Below, one piece after another: positions 29,820 to 39,414 of a stretch of 64,000 nt of DNA. Within the stretch, counting starts at the first letter, position 1. Each line of letters starts with the position of its first letter. This DNA is from Bdellovibrio sp. (GTDB lineage: Bacteria; Bdellovibrionota; Bdellovibrionia; Bdellovibrionales; Bdellovibrionaceae). The notes under the pieces are model-generated. The model was not told the DNA's origin and did not search any database. It saw only the letters and a program-made list of their open reading frames with translations. Made by a program: the position numbers and the translations under genes. The stretch is taken from contig JAKFBS010000004.1 in assembly GCA_036677065.1 (NCBI GenBank), forward strand, positions 384,001-448,000, in the 5' to 3' direction.

Positions 29820-31121
29820 ATGTTAGCAAAAACTTTAGGTTTAGTTTTATTCGCTTCAACATTCACCCTGTCTGCTTTTGCAGGTAAGGGTGAAGACCTT
29901 ATAGAAAAGACAAACTTAATTATGGTTTCTGAAGAAACTTGCGGTGGTGTTATTGATAATCACATGCAACTTATTGAAGATAGTGAAGAGTACTTCGCTA
30001 AAACTTTTGATATTCCTGCGCATCAGTTAAAGCCTCATGAGATCACGGTCATTCAAAAAGTCTTAAAGGTTCGCTTTGACCATTTAATGAAAGTATTGGC
30101 GAAATTTCATTCTGTATCTGATTGTAATCTTCCGAATTTAGGTAATGTTGTGGCGGTGTATGATTTTAATGTTTTAGCTGAATCAACAATGAAACATTCG
30201 TATTCACGCAAAATGCTACATAGCTTTACTAAAGCTGCTGATTACGGGATGCGAGATTTTAAAGAGCAGTATAATCATTTTACCAGACTTAAAACCATTG
30301 AAGACGTTCGCGGTAGCTTAACCCAGCAAGAGTTAGGCTTATTACAAATGTTTAATTTAAAAGTTGATCAAGGCCAAGACGGCACAAAACTTTCAACAAC
30401 CGGTGATGCCTTAAAGCGCGTGTGGGGTTGGGTTTTAGGTAAAGGCTTAGTTCGCTCTTGGGGTATGCTTTCTGACAACTTAAAAGTGCGTCATGGTTAT
30501 TTGCGCGATTATCCGTTAGTACGCGCTACGATTGAGGAATCATTAAAGCCGTTAGATTTATTATTTGAACAACGTCGTTTTGTGCTTTCAAATTTGACTA
30601 TCCCAGGTCACTGGGGGCATACCGCGGTTTGGTTAGGAACAAAAAAAGAACTGCAAGCTTTAGGTTTATGGGATCGTGAAGATTTCGCTGTATTCAAAAA
30701 ACAAATTGAGCTCGGAAAAAACATCGTACAGATGCGCAAAGAAGGCGTCGTATTTAGTTCATTAAAAGAATTTATGAATTTAGATGAAATCGCAGTCATG
30801 CGCGTAAATAGCGCCCAGATTAACCCAGCAGCGGTATACCCATTAATGGCCGAGCAGTTAAATAAAAAGTATGATTTTAGTTTTGATGCAACAACACTGG
30901 GTAAAATCACTTGCACTGAGTTTGTGAGTTTTTCTTTCGGCGAAATCGCATGGCCTAGCCGCACGCAGATGGGTCGTACTGTGATTGCTCCGGATGATAT
31001 GGCAAAATTATCGATTGACAGTAGACAGGCTCACTTAGTGTATTATTTCGGAAGTGATTCAGGCAAAGTTCGCCAAAAAACTGTTAAAGACTGGTTCAAT
31101 AATTTCAACACGCAAAAATAA
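29820..31121 (+). CDS. Secreted YiiX/YebB-like permuted NlpC/P60 cysteine hydrolase
   Basis: IPGHWGHTAVWLG (His before Cys) and KKYDFSFD...ITCTEFV. Confidence 0.82.
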   Translation: MLAKTLGLVLFASTFTLSAFAGKGEDLIEKTNLIMVSEETCGGVIDNHMQLIEDSEEYFAKTFDIPAHQLKPHEITVIQKVLKVRFDHLMKVLAKFHSVSDCNLPNLGNVVAVYDFNVLAESTMKHSYSRKMLHSFTKAADYGMRDFKEQYNHFTRLKTIEDVRGSLTQQELGLLQMFNLKVDQGQDGTKLSTTGDALKRVWGWVLGKGLVRSWGMLSDNLKVRHGYLRDYPLVRATIEESLKPLDLLFEQRRFVLSNLTIPGHWGHTAVWLGTKKELQALGLWDREDFAVFKKQIELGKNIVQMRKEGVVFSSLKEFMNLDEIAVMRVNSAQINPAAVYPLMAEQLNKKYDFSFDATTLGKITCTEFVSFSFGEIAWPSRTQMGRTVIAPDDMAKLSIDSRQAHLVYYFGSDSGKVRQKTVKDWFNNFNTQK

Positions 31122-31179
31122 ATTGAAACATATTTAAACCTATGATTTGGTTCTATCATTACAAATCATAGGGGTAGTT

Positions 31180-32031
31180 ATGCGTCTTGTTGGTTTTTTA
31201 ACTTTATTGTTTTCGGCACACGTTGCGTTCGCACAAATTGAAGTCAATGAAACTAAATACGACGAAGGCACGCTGTTCGCGCCGACGTTTAACATGTCAA
31301 AAATCGATTTCGAATTAACAGATTTATTAGCCGATAACGGGACTTCGCAATTATGTGCGCCGATGGCGATCACGCATGCCTTTGAATTTTTAAAAAATTA
31401 CCGTAATCCAAGTTTTGCAAATCTTCCGACGGTGGCTGACCTTGATAATGATGGCCAGGCGAACACCTTCAAAGACCGCGTTCGCTATTTCTTTCAAACT
31501 TGCAGTACTGATCGAAATGAAGGAACCCGCTACCGCCAAGCAATTGGCTGTATGGACGCATTTATTAAGACCAGTTCGTATCAATCTTGGGCTTACATGA
31601 TTGGGCCCCATTCAGTAAATGCACCGGTGGGTAGTCCGTTAGATGCGGTTCAACATGTGCTGCGTTTATCTGAGATCAAATATTACGTGGCTCATCAGGC
31701 TGCTGTTTTGATGGGCATCGGTTGGTATAAATTTAATCCAACCACGCAAATGTATGAACGCACGGGCGGGCATTTCTTTAATCTTTATGGCTATGCAGCC
31801 ATGACCGCTTGGGGAGAAGATCACAGTGATCTATTCGCTGTAAACTCATGGATTGATTATCGCAGTCGTCCGGCTAATCAGCAATACGACACGATCAAAA
31901 TCAGTAGCACAAAGTATCTGAATCAGACGTCTATGCCCGCAGAAGTTGCCTATGAATTAACAGGTGAGGGGTTTGATTTTGCTGAATATAAAGCCTTTGT
32001 CGAAGACATTTTTGTGGCATTTCCTTATTAA
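31180..32031 (+). CDS. Secreted papain-like cysteine protease (putative)
   Basis: Signal peptide; Cys-His-Asn order QLCAP / GGHFFNLYGY / VNSW. Confidence 0.65.
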   Translation: MRLVGFLTLLFSAHVAFAQIEVNETKYDEGTLFAPTFNMSKIDFELTDLLADNGTSQLCAPMAITHAFEFLKNYRNPSFANLPTVADLDNDGQANTFKDRVRYFFQTCSTDRNEGTRYRQAIGCMDAFIKTSSYQSWAYMIGPHSVNAPVGSPLDAVQHVLRLSEIKYYVAHQAAVLMGIGWYKFNPTTQMYERTGGHFFNLYGYAAMTAWGEDHSDLFAVNSWIDYRSRPANQQYDTIKISSTKYLNQTSMPAEVAYELTGEGFDFAEYKAFVEDIFVAFPY

Positions 32032-32101
32032 TAAATTTCTTGACGAATATGTGTGGCGAGCATTAGATTGTCCCTCACAGCGTTATACGCGTTTAAAAAA
32101 C

Positions 32102-32177
32102 GCGGGAGTAGCTCAGTTGATAGAGCGATGCCTTGCCAAGGCATAGGTCGCGGGTTTGAGTCCCGTCTCCCGCTCCA
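32102..32177 (+). tRNA. tRNA-Gly (anticodon GCC)
   Basis: GCGGGAG/CTCCCGC acceptor stem, loop TT-GCC-AA, U73 discriminator, CCA; upstream TTGACG-N18-TAGATT promoter. Confidence 0.95.
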
Positions 32178-32224
32178 ATTTTTCAATCGAGAAATTGGCT
32201 TGTTTACCCTTAAATTTTAAATAT

Positions 32225-32260
32225 AAAAAAACCCGATAGAAATATCGGGTTTTGTTTTTT
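32225..32260. terminator. Bidirectional terminator
   Basis: AAAACCCGATA-GAAA-TATCGGGTTTT with A and T flanks. Confidence 0.85.
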
Positions 32261-32290
32261 GTAGGTTTGCTGAAGAAATCTTATCAGCAA

Positions 32291-32788
32291 TTATTTAAAA
32301 ATTTCGATCACGTATCCAACTGTTGTGCTGTTAGCTCTTAACATTTTATAGGCAGCTTGTTCAAATATTTGATCGCCTTCAGGATTTTCAGGAATATTAG
32401 AAAGCATCTCGTTTGAAATTTTTGATACTGAATCTGAATGAACCTTAGCTGCGGCTTTTAACTCGGCTGAACGTTTTTCAACTGGTATTTTTGCTATAAT
32501 GCATGCCGCTTCTGTAAGTAAAAGCGCCATATCATCAGGGCTGGTTTTTGCGGCTTCAGCATTATCATTTAAAACGGTTTGTAACTCTTTTTTAAGAGCT
32601 CTACCTAATTGAATTACAGGAATAAGATCTCCGTCTGTCTGCATATCATAGCGGTCTACGGCTGCGACAAGGATCGCATCGGCTTCTTCTGGGCTACATG
32701 TAATTGGTTTATCGTTGATATCTTTTTGCGCGAAAGCTGAAGTTGTAGTTACTAAGATAGACGCCATTAAAATAATTAGTGTTTTCAT
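32291..32788 (-). CDS. Secreted helical hypothetical protein
   Basis: Signal peptide MKTLII...AFA. Confidence 0.7.
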   Translation of the reverse strand: MKTLIILMASILVTTTSAFAQKDINDKPITCSPEEADAILVAAVDRYDMQTDGDLIPVIQLGRALKKELQTVLNDNAEAAKTSPDDMALLLTEAACIIAKIPVEKRSAELKAAAKVHSDSVSKISNEMLSNIPENPEGDQIFEQAAYKMLRANSTTVGYVIEIFK

Positions 32789-32800
32789 ACATGGGGTAAA

Positions 32801-32816
32801 TGCAGTGGACATACCA
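32801..32816 (-). promoter_or_regulatory. sigma54-like promoter
   Basis: TGGTAT-GTCCA-CTGCA, GG-N10-GC spacing. Confidence 0.5.
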
Positions 32817-32971
32817 ATAGGCAAAGTGTCTCAGGGTAAATATAATTGATTTCAGGCTGTCAAAAAATTTGAAAAGGCGCAAAATTGGTAGGCGCCTCAG
32901 GACGAGAAAAAAATTCTTATAATAGGGCGCGGATTCTAGAGATCACACGTGATCAAATTGAGACGGCGAAG

Positions 32972-32999
32972 TTAAGTAAATGTTAAAAAATACCGATAA
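32972..32999 (+). promoter_or_regulatory. sigma28 (FliA) promoter
   Basis: TTAAG-N15-ACCGATAA, 6 nt before ATG 33006. Confidence 0.7.
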
Positions 33000-33005
33000 G
33001 TAGAT

Positions 33006-34673
33006 ATGCATTTTAGACTGAATTTAGTTCTTCTAATGATGTCATCTATATTCTTAATACAGTGTTCAGGTCAAAAACTTGATCTGTCAGGTGCTTCAAA
33101 CTTAGGAGAAACAATTGTAGACGATGGCTCGCGCGCCGATGGCAGCGATCTTGGTGCTATTTACAATGTGACGACCGTGGTGCAAGCCACATCGGATATT
33201 CCAGAATGGTCTGATGCCGAATTGCCTTTTGCGCCCCCTTCGCGCGCCCGCCAAGCCCTGGGGCAAAATTTTTCTGACACACAAACGCCATTTAAATTTA
33301 CTTACACGTACCCTGCGAATAATTACAAATTAAATACGGCGCACATCTTAATTGATACATCCCGAGATAATTCAGACACTGAAGGAATTTTTGTCGACGG
33401 AGTTTTTACAGGCCGTGTGCCCGGAAGTATGGTCGGAACAAGTCCGCATATTATCCACAGACATTATGTGTGTGTGCAGCAAGCTTGTAATGGCGCTACT
33501 GCTCCAACCAATCCATCGAATACTTATTTTATGGACTGGTCGCTCACACATTACAAACAAAACACCATCAATACCTTTGATTTAGATTTAACAGATTTAT
33601 TAGCGCCAACAAGTTTAACGGCTGTGGGTGTTGTTTCTGATGGCGTACTGCGTGTTGTTACCGGTGATGATTCGCCGGTTTATAAAGCTTTGTTAGTTAT
33701 GGACGGGATTACGATTTCTAAAACTCCGTTATCGTGTTCGAATTCTCCGACTTATACTTTTTCAAATGTTTACATTCATAATGACGGCAACAGCATTGCG
33801 CAAGGCGCATTTTCTGGTTCAGTGGTCGCGCCCAATACTTCGTGGTCAGCGAATCAAGTCGGTTTTAGATCTGTCGAATTTTATTTTGATCCAAAGCTTC
33901 CGAATGTAAGTTCGTTAGGTTTTATCACAATTTCATCAGCGACAGTTAGTTTGCGAGTAAAGAGGCAAGCCTCAAGTACAGCAGCAATTGTTGTTAACGG
34001 TGTTGGTATAGCACAAGCAGGTTTTGATCGCAGCACGGCCACTGTGGGGGTTGAACGTTGGATAGAAACTGCGCCAGCCATTGATGCGTGGACTAACTTT
34101 GTAAACGCAATTCCTGCAACTAATACAGATACGACAGTCGCATTAAATCTGGCTCAAATTTTTGGCGTGACCGAAATGAAAAATTTAATCGCTCAAGGAA
34201 AGTTAAATATTTCTTTAGCCGGAAGCATGGCCACAGCTTACGGCCAAGCTGCGACTTCGGGGCGCACGTACAGTGTTACGGTTGCGGGGCCAGAACTAAC
34301 CCTGTCTGGATCTTTTTACACCGAAATTTGTGCTGTGCCAGATAACCCGACTTCGCCACTCAGTGATGATGGCGAAGTGCCAACAGGCTTAGATCAGGCC
34401 AGCCCGATCGTGACATCAATTCAGGTTGTGAACATCACACAAAACTCGGCCACTATTCAATGGCTAACCAATGAACCAGCAACAACACAAGTTGGCTATG
34501 GTATTGGTAATACAGACACCAACACAACGCTAGATTCATCGTTATCTACTTTTCACAGCGTGACGATCACTGGATTAAGCGCCTACAAATTTTATACTTA
34601 TGTGGTTAAATCACAAGATGGCAGCGGTAATTTAACTATTTCCAGTGCAAAAGTTTTTAGGACACAACGATAA
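33006..34673 (+). CDS. Surface lipoprotein with two beta-sandwich repeats and a C-terminal fibronectin type III domain
   Basis: Lipobox-like LIQC; SATIQWLTNEPATTQVGYG...HSVTITGL.AY..YTYVVKSQDGSGN. Confidence 0.8.
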   Translation: MHFRLNLVLLMMSSIFLIQCSGQKLDLSGASNLGETIVDDGSRADGSDLGAIYNVTTVVQATSDIPEWSDAELPFAPPSRARQALGQNFSDTQTPFKFTYTYPANNYKLNTAHILIDTSRDNSDTEGIFVDGVFTGRVPGSMVGTSPHIIHRHYVCVQQACNGATAPTNPSNTYFMDWSLTHYKQNTINTFDLDLTDLLAPTSLTAVGVVSDGVLRVVTGDDSPVYKALLVMDGITISKTPLSCSNSPTYTFSNVYIHNDGNSIAQGAFSGSVVAPNTSWSANQVGFRSVEFYFDPKLPNVSSLGFITISSATVSLRVKRQASSTAAIVVNGVGIAQAGFDRSTATVGVERWIETAPAIDAWTNFVNAIPATNTDTTVALNLAQIFGVTEMKNLIAQGKLNISLAGSMATAYGQAATSGRTYSVTVAGPELTLSGSFYTEICAVPDNPTSPLSDDGEVPTGLDQASPIVTSIQVVNITQNSATIQWLTNEPATTQVGYGIGNTDTNTTLDSSLSTFHSVTITGLSAYKFYTYVVKSQDGSGNLTISSAKVFRTQR

Positions 34674-35209
34674 TGAAAACAAGCAACTATTTTTTCATTT
34701 TAATATTAAGTCTATTTATTTCAGGTACAGCCTTGGCACAAGCTAAGCGGGTCTATCGTACGTCACTTAGTTTGATTCCTTTAACGACTTCAACCAAACA
34801 AGCGGGCAATGGCCCTGAAGGCAGTACGATAATGACCCAATTTGAATTTGGTGTTCACCAGCCGTTTTGGGGTTATGGCCTTTTCTATCAGTATGACCAG
34901 CACGGTGATTTTCAAAAAGATTTAGGCCTTGGCTTAAAATTAGAAGCTACCTATAAGGCGATATATGTAGATGTAGGTTATCTTTTAAATGTGCAAAGAG
35001 TTTATTCTGACCGCACTTATGAAAAAGAAACCGGTGATGGCTATTATTTCGGGTTAGGTGCACGAGTAGAATTAGGTAAAAATTATTTCTTTAATTTAAC
35101 TTATAAATACCGCGTGCATAATATTAAAAAGCAAGACGACACTTCATTGTCAGATCCCATTGTTCAAACTGATTCTTATCCGCTATTAGGCTTGGGAGTC
35201 AGCTTCTGA
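34673..35209 (+). CDS. Small outer-membrane beta-barrel protein
   Basis: Signal peptide, alternating aromatic strands, C-terminal GLGVSF BAM signature. Confidence 0.78.
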   Translation: MKTSNYFFILILSLFISGTALAQAKRVYRTSLSLIPLTTSTKQAGNGPEGSTIMTQFEFGVHQPFWGYGLFYQYDQHGDFQKDLGLGLKLEATYKAIYVDVGYLLNVQRVYSDRTYEKETGDGYYFGLGARVELGKNYFFNLTYKYRVHNIKKQDDTSLSDPIVQTDSYPLLGLGVSF

Positions 35210-36027
35210 GAAACATAATTCTTGCGGTTTTATTCTTGAGTGCTTTAAGTTGCGGTAAAAGACCGGCAGAGCTTTTACGTTTGCAGCAAGCTTATCCCGA
35301 AGACTTTCCAATTTATGCGACAGTCGGTGATGGCACCGGACGAATTTGGCAGATTGATCGCGACGGAACCAAAACTGAATTTGCGACGGGGTTAAGCGAT
35401 CCACAGGGGCTTGCCACTGATGGTAAAGGCAATCTCTTTGTGGTTGAGCAAGGGGCTTCGCGTTTACTGCGCTTTGATATCGCCAGTAAAGCACAAACCG
35501 TTGTGGCCACGGGGCTTTCAGTTCCAACGAGCGTGGCTATTGATTCTAAAGGCGAAGTTTATGTCAATGAAGAAGGAGCTAATCGAATTCAGAAAATTTC
35601 TGACGCTTCAACGTTTGCCAGCTTTTCGAGTGCACCATCGGCTTTTATTTTTGGTCTCGGTGATCAGCCGATCATTGGTTTTTTTAATTTGAACAGCACG
35701 CAGTGGGGATTAGATGGGGCCACGCAGTTTAGCATTCAAAAGCCGATTGCTATGGCTAAAGATATCTTAGGCCGAGTTTATGTTTCTGAAGGAACAGATT
35801 CTGGCTCACGCATTATTCGCATTGGCCCAACGCAAAGTGATAGCACTGAAGTGATGGTTAATGGTTTAAATGGAGCTTTTGGTGTGATTATTGATCGCAG
35901 CGGAAATTTGTTTGTGGCCGAGACCGCTGAATCGCGTATTGTATTTGTAACCCAAAATAATCAACTGTATAAATTTGTCGATTTAACCGCGCCACTGTAT
36001 ATGACAATGACGCGTGTTCTTGAGTAA
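35206..36027 (+). CDS. NHL-repeat beta-propeller lipoprotein, probable CTG start
   Basis: Repeats GLSDPQGLATD.KGNLFVVE, GLSVPTSVAIDSKGEVYVNE etc.; a full lipoprotein signal (M)RNIILAVLFLSALSC exists only if translation starts at CTG 35206. Confidence 0.75.
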   Translation: MRNIILAVLFLSALSCGKRPAELLRLQQAYPEDFPIYATVGDGTGRIWQIDRDGTKTEFATGLSDPQGLATDGKGNLFVVEQGASRLLRFDIASKAQTVVATGLSVPTSVAIDSKGEVYVNEEGANRIQKISDASTFASFSSAPSAFIFGLGDQPIIGFFNLNSTQWGLDGATQFSIQKPIAMAKDILGRVYVSEGTDSGSRIIRIGPTQSDSTEVMVNGLNGAFGVIIDRSGNLFVAETAESRIVFVTQNNQLYKFVDLTAPLYMTMTRVLE

Positions 36028-37170
36028 CTATACTCTCATCATGGTTTCATTTGAAAATTTGTTACGCTTATAAGGCAAAGAACTCATTAGAGTTTTTATC
36101 TCTAAGTCTTTCATATCTTCGAAAGTTTGATCCCAGGATTTACTATCTAAATAGTCATCAATTTTTTTAAGCCACTCTGGATTTTGTTTGGTTTGCATGA
36201 CTTCTTCACAAGCCGCTAAAAAACAAGTCGCGGTGTTTGCCGTTTTTACTAAACCCAGAGGTTCATACTTTTCAATAAGAATATCTTGCGGCGTTGCGAC
36301 CACCGGGCGGCCTGTGGCTAAGTACTCATACATCTGGGTGGTTGTGTTCGTGTTTTTATCTTCTTTGTAGGGCGCGATAGTGACATCCCAACCCGCAAAA
36401 TAATGCGGAAGGTATTTGTAATCTTTGCGGCCAAAGAAATAAATATTTGGTCTGCGCGGAAGATCATTGTAACAACTGCCAACCATTGGACCGACTAAAA
36501 TAATATTCCAGCTCGGGCGGTAATCTGCCAGGTCAGTGAGTAAATCAAAATTAAGCTGATTGCTGATTTCTCCGCAAAATCCAAGTTTTGGTCCTGAAAT
36601 CTTTTTCTGATCCAGGGGTTCATTCACAAGCCGTGCTTGGCGAAAGTGTGCCAGATCAATGCTGTTTGGAAAATTATGTATATTGTGATGTTGGCTTTTT
36701 CTATACGAGTAAAGTTTTTCATTCGCGGCAAAAACTAAATCTGCTTTTTCTAAAAGTTCGATTTCATGAATCGATAATTCTGAAGGTTTTTCAGAATTGG
36801 TTTCTTTAACGCAATCATAAATGGTACTGATCGGTGATAGGTGGCGACTATAATCAATGGCATCAGCTGAATCATACCATACTGAAAAATTAATAATAAA
36901 TTCATCTTCGATAAGGTCATCGACCACGCGTTTCATCGCTGCAGCGACTTCCTTAGAGGTCAGATCTGCTGGTAATACGGGTTTGATCACTTCAACGCCG
37001 TTTTCAACAAAGACTTTGCGATAACTGATTTGAGTCGTGTCTGTAAAAAGTGGCTCTTCAACAAAAAAGACTCGGCGATGTTTCGCATATCTTGAAAGTA
37101 ACTGTTGCGTACGTTGATAAACAAAGCCCCAGCGAGTTTGAGAAAATGCTAACAGATCATTCTTAATCAT
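36028..37170 (-). CDS. GT-B glycosyltransferase (type often linked to UDP-galactopyranose mutase)
   Basis: RWGFVYQR.QQLLSR, FFVEEP, YDCV, YEYLATGRPVVAT and SWDQT. Confidence 0.85.
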   Translation of the reverse strand: MIKNDLLAFSQTRWGFVYQRTQQLLSRYAKHRRVFFVEEPLFTDTTQISYRKVFVENGVEVIKPVLPADLTSKEVAAAMKRVVDDLIEDEFIINFSVWYDSADAIDYSRHLSPISTIYDCVKETNSEKPSELSIHEIELLEKADLVFAANEKLYSYRKSQHHNIHNFPNSIDLAHFRQARLVNEPLDQKKISGPKLGFCGEISNQLNFDLLTDLADYRPSWNIILVGPMVGSCYNDLPRRPNIYFFGRKDYKYLPHYFAGWDVTIAPYKEDKNTNTTTQMYEYLATGRPVVATPQDILIEKYEPLGLVKTANTATCFLAACEEVMQTKQNPEWLKKIDDYLDSKSWDQTFEDMKDLEIKTLMSSLPYKRNKFSNETMMRV

Positions 37171-37213
37171 AATGTATCCCCCAATTAAAACGAACAAGTG
37201 ATGTGGGGTGATT

Positions 37214-37229
37214 TGCACTATAAATGCCA
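37214..37229 (-). promoter_or_regulatory. sigma54 promoter
   Basis: TGGCAT-TTATA-GTGCA upstream of the glycosyltransferase. Confidence 0.6.
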
Positions 37230-37316
37230 ATAAGAATCGGCTTTGTAGCGGTTACGAAAAATCTATTCGGGGTGAATTCGGCATTCTGATACCAGAATGC
37301 CCCATGCTAAAGACTG

Positions 37317-39311
37317 TTAGTGCGTTTGGATGAGTGTTCCGTTTTTAAGAATAAGTTCTTCTAAGTTGTACGGAGAACCATCTTCTTTTAAGAAGTTTCT
37401 TAAGTTGTATGAACGATCTAAGATATAGTTGTTTTGATCGATAATGTATTTAAATAAATTAATGCGATTAAAACTTTCTTCTGAAGGGTATTTTTGTACG
37501 CCTGAACCCATCTCGTGACCCGAGAAAGAAAACTGCACTAAAATACATTCTGGCACGGTTTCTTCGTTAATCACATTAGCAAAGATCGCTAAACCATAGT
37601 CTCCGAACAGGTCATTTTTAAGTGATAACTGATCAAAAAGTTTAAACTTATCATTTAAAGGAACTCCGGCACTAAAAATGTAAGTTAAGCTGTTAATGAT
37701 TTCATGTCTTTCTTTTTTATCGACTTTGTTTTGTAGTGATTTAATTGCGCTAAATAATTTATCTACACGTTGTTCGATAATATCGCGGCTAAGATTTTGA
37801 TTTAATTCAAAAATTTTATTAGTCACATAAAGTTCAAAGTTAACATAAGAATTGTGATATTTATCACGCACAGATTTGCCTTCATGCGGAAACTTAATCA
37901 CATTTTTAATAGCTTTTGGCATGTGCTGGCCAGTGGTTTCGTAAAATTCTAAATATTTTTTCTGGCGAAGGCTATAGTGTCTGCGCGATTTTGAAAAGTG
38001 AACGCCGACAACGCTGGTTTTGTTGTCTTGGCTATCTGCTTTAAATAATAGATTTAATTGTGAACGTTTTTCTTTTTCCCAGTTGTCAAAAAGGCTGAAT
38101 TCGCTGTTTTTACCTACTGAATGTAAGAAATAGTTTTCTTTATCGTCTGCTTGATCACCAACAACGGCGATTTGGGCGTCAGACGAATTATTGTTTTTTG
38201 TGTATTTAACTAAACGAATTAGGTTAAACGTGCTTGAGCTTTCATCTGCTTCTGTATGGTTTTCAGCATTGATGATTTTGATAACGCGTTTTTTACTATC
38301 AGGTAAGTTTTTATCTGCGGCTGCGACCGCGTTAAATTGCGAAAGATCAGCAAATAGATTTTCATTAAACTGACGGCGGTCTTTTAAGAATTGTGATGCT
38401 GAAATGTATTCACGCACCAAATCCACATTAAAGATTTTCATTTTTTGGGCTACGATAGAGTCATAAAGATTGCGCGCATCTGTAGAATCAAGATTTAAAA
38501 CATAATCACCTAAGTAAAGATCGGTCGTGCGATCAGTGATAGATCCTGTAAATAGACGGTCATCTAATAATTTTTCAACAACCAGCGAAGTCACCGGATC
38601 GTGAGTAAATAATTTAACACCGGCAAACCAACCGCGGTTTTTATCGTTTACGGCGATAATTTTTAAACGGACTAAGTTATCGCTCATACGAAAGATCTGA
38701 ATATCAAATTCGCCATTAATAAAATAACGGTAGCCTGCATTTAACGGAAGACTTGCGCCTAAGGTTTTTAAAATATTGGCACTGGCTTCAAATACAAGCG
38801 GAATACGGTAACCGATAAAATCGCCAGTTTTAAAAACTAACTGGCCATTATCACGGCGAAAGAAATCCTGTGCCGAACGTGGAATTTTTGTCACCGGATC
38901 ATACGGCAGGCGCAATAAAGAATCTTTACGGTTTTTAAATTGCTGAATATAAGTGATTTGTTTTTTAGCGCTCACGCCTACATGCACAGGCAGATCGTAA
39001 TTAAAAATGCGTGAATCGATACCGGCTTTGACTTCCCAGATATCAATACCTGAGTAGTTTTGTGCGACAGACGGGTTAGAAATAAATTTATATTGTCCGC
39101 CAATTTCGATACCGTGAAATAGCTCAATTGAAGGAAGGTTTACTTTCTGAGTTAATTTAGAACTGCGGATAGAATCTAAAAAATCAGCCCAGATACCATC
39201 ATTTTTTTTAACTTCGGTTTTGCTGACCTCTGCATTTTGCGCGAAAGCTATATTGGCCGTTAAAAGTAATGCAGCTGTAAAAGCTTTAAACATGTTCTGG
39301 GTCTGTTTCAT
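37317..39311 (-). CDS. Large secreted hypothetical protein
   Basis: AAGGA RBS; signal peptide ending AFA; 664 aa; no family recognised. Confidence 0.75.
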   Translation of the reverse strand: MKQTQNMFKAFTAALLLTANIAFAQNAEVSKTEVKKNDGIWADFLDSIRSSKLTQKVNLPSIELFHGIEIGGQYKFISNPSVAQNYSGIDIWEVKAGIDSRIFNYDLPVHVGVSAKKQITYIQQFKNRKDSLLRLPYDPVTKIPRSAQDFFRRDNGQLVFKTGDFIGYRIPLVFEASANILKTLGASLPLNAGYRYFINGEFDIQIFRMSDNLVRLKIIAVNDKNRGWFAGVKLFTHDPVTSLVVEKLLDDRLFTGSITDRTTDLYLGDYVLNLDSTDARNLYDSIVAQKMKIFNVDLVREYISASQFLKDRRQFNENLFADLSQFNAVAAADKNLPDSKKRVIKIINAENHTEADESSSTFNLIRLVKYTKNNNSSDAQIAVVGDQADDKENYFLHSVGKNSEFSLFDNWEKEKRSQLNLLFKADSQDNKTSVVGVHFSKSRRHYSLRQKKYLEFYETTGQHMPKAIKNVIKFPHEGKSVRDKYHNSYVNFELYVTNKIFELNQNLSRDIIEQRVDKLFSAIKSLQNKVDKKERHEIINSLTYIFSAGVPLNDKFKLFDQLSLKNDLFGDYGLAIFANVINEETVPECILVQFSFSGHEMGSGVQKYPSEESFNRINLFKYIIDQNNYILDRSYNLRNFLKEDGSPYNLEELILKNGTLIQTH

Positions 39312-39414
39312 ACGTATATCCTTTTTAAAATAGGTATTTATTCACATTTTATTAAAATGCGATAAATAGACCAAGATCCGTTGACATATGTAAATTATAT
39401 GTAAATATAGAGGG

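Noticed and set aside
31964..32146. 60-aa ORF
   Set aside because: Overlaps tRNA-Gly and its promoter
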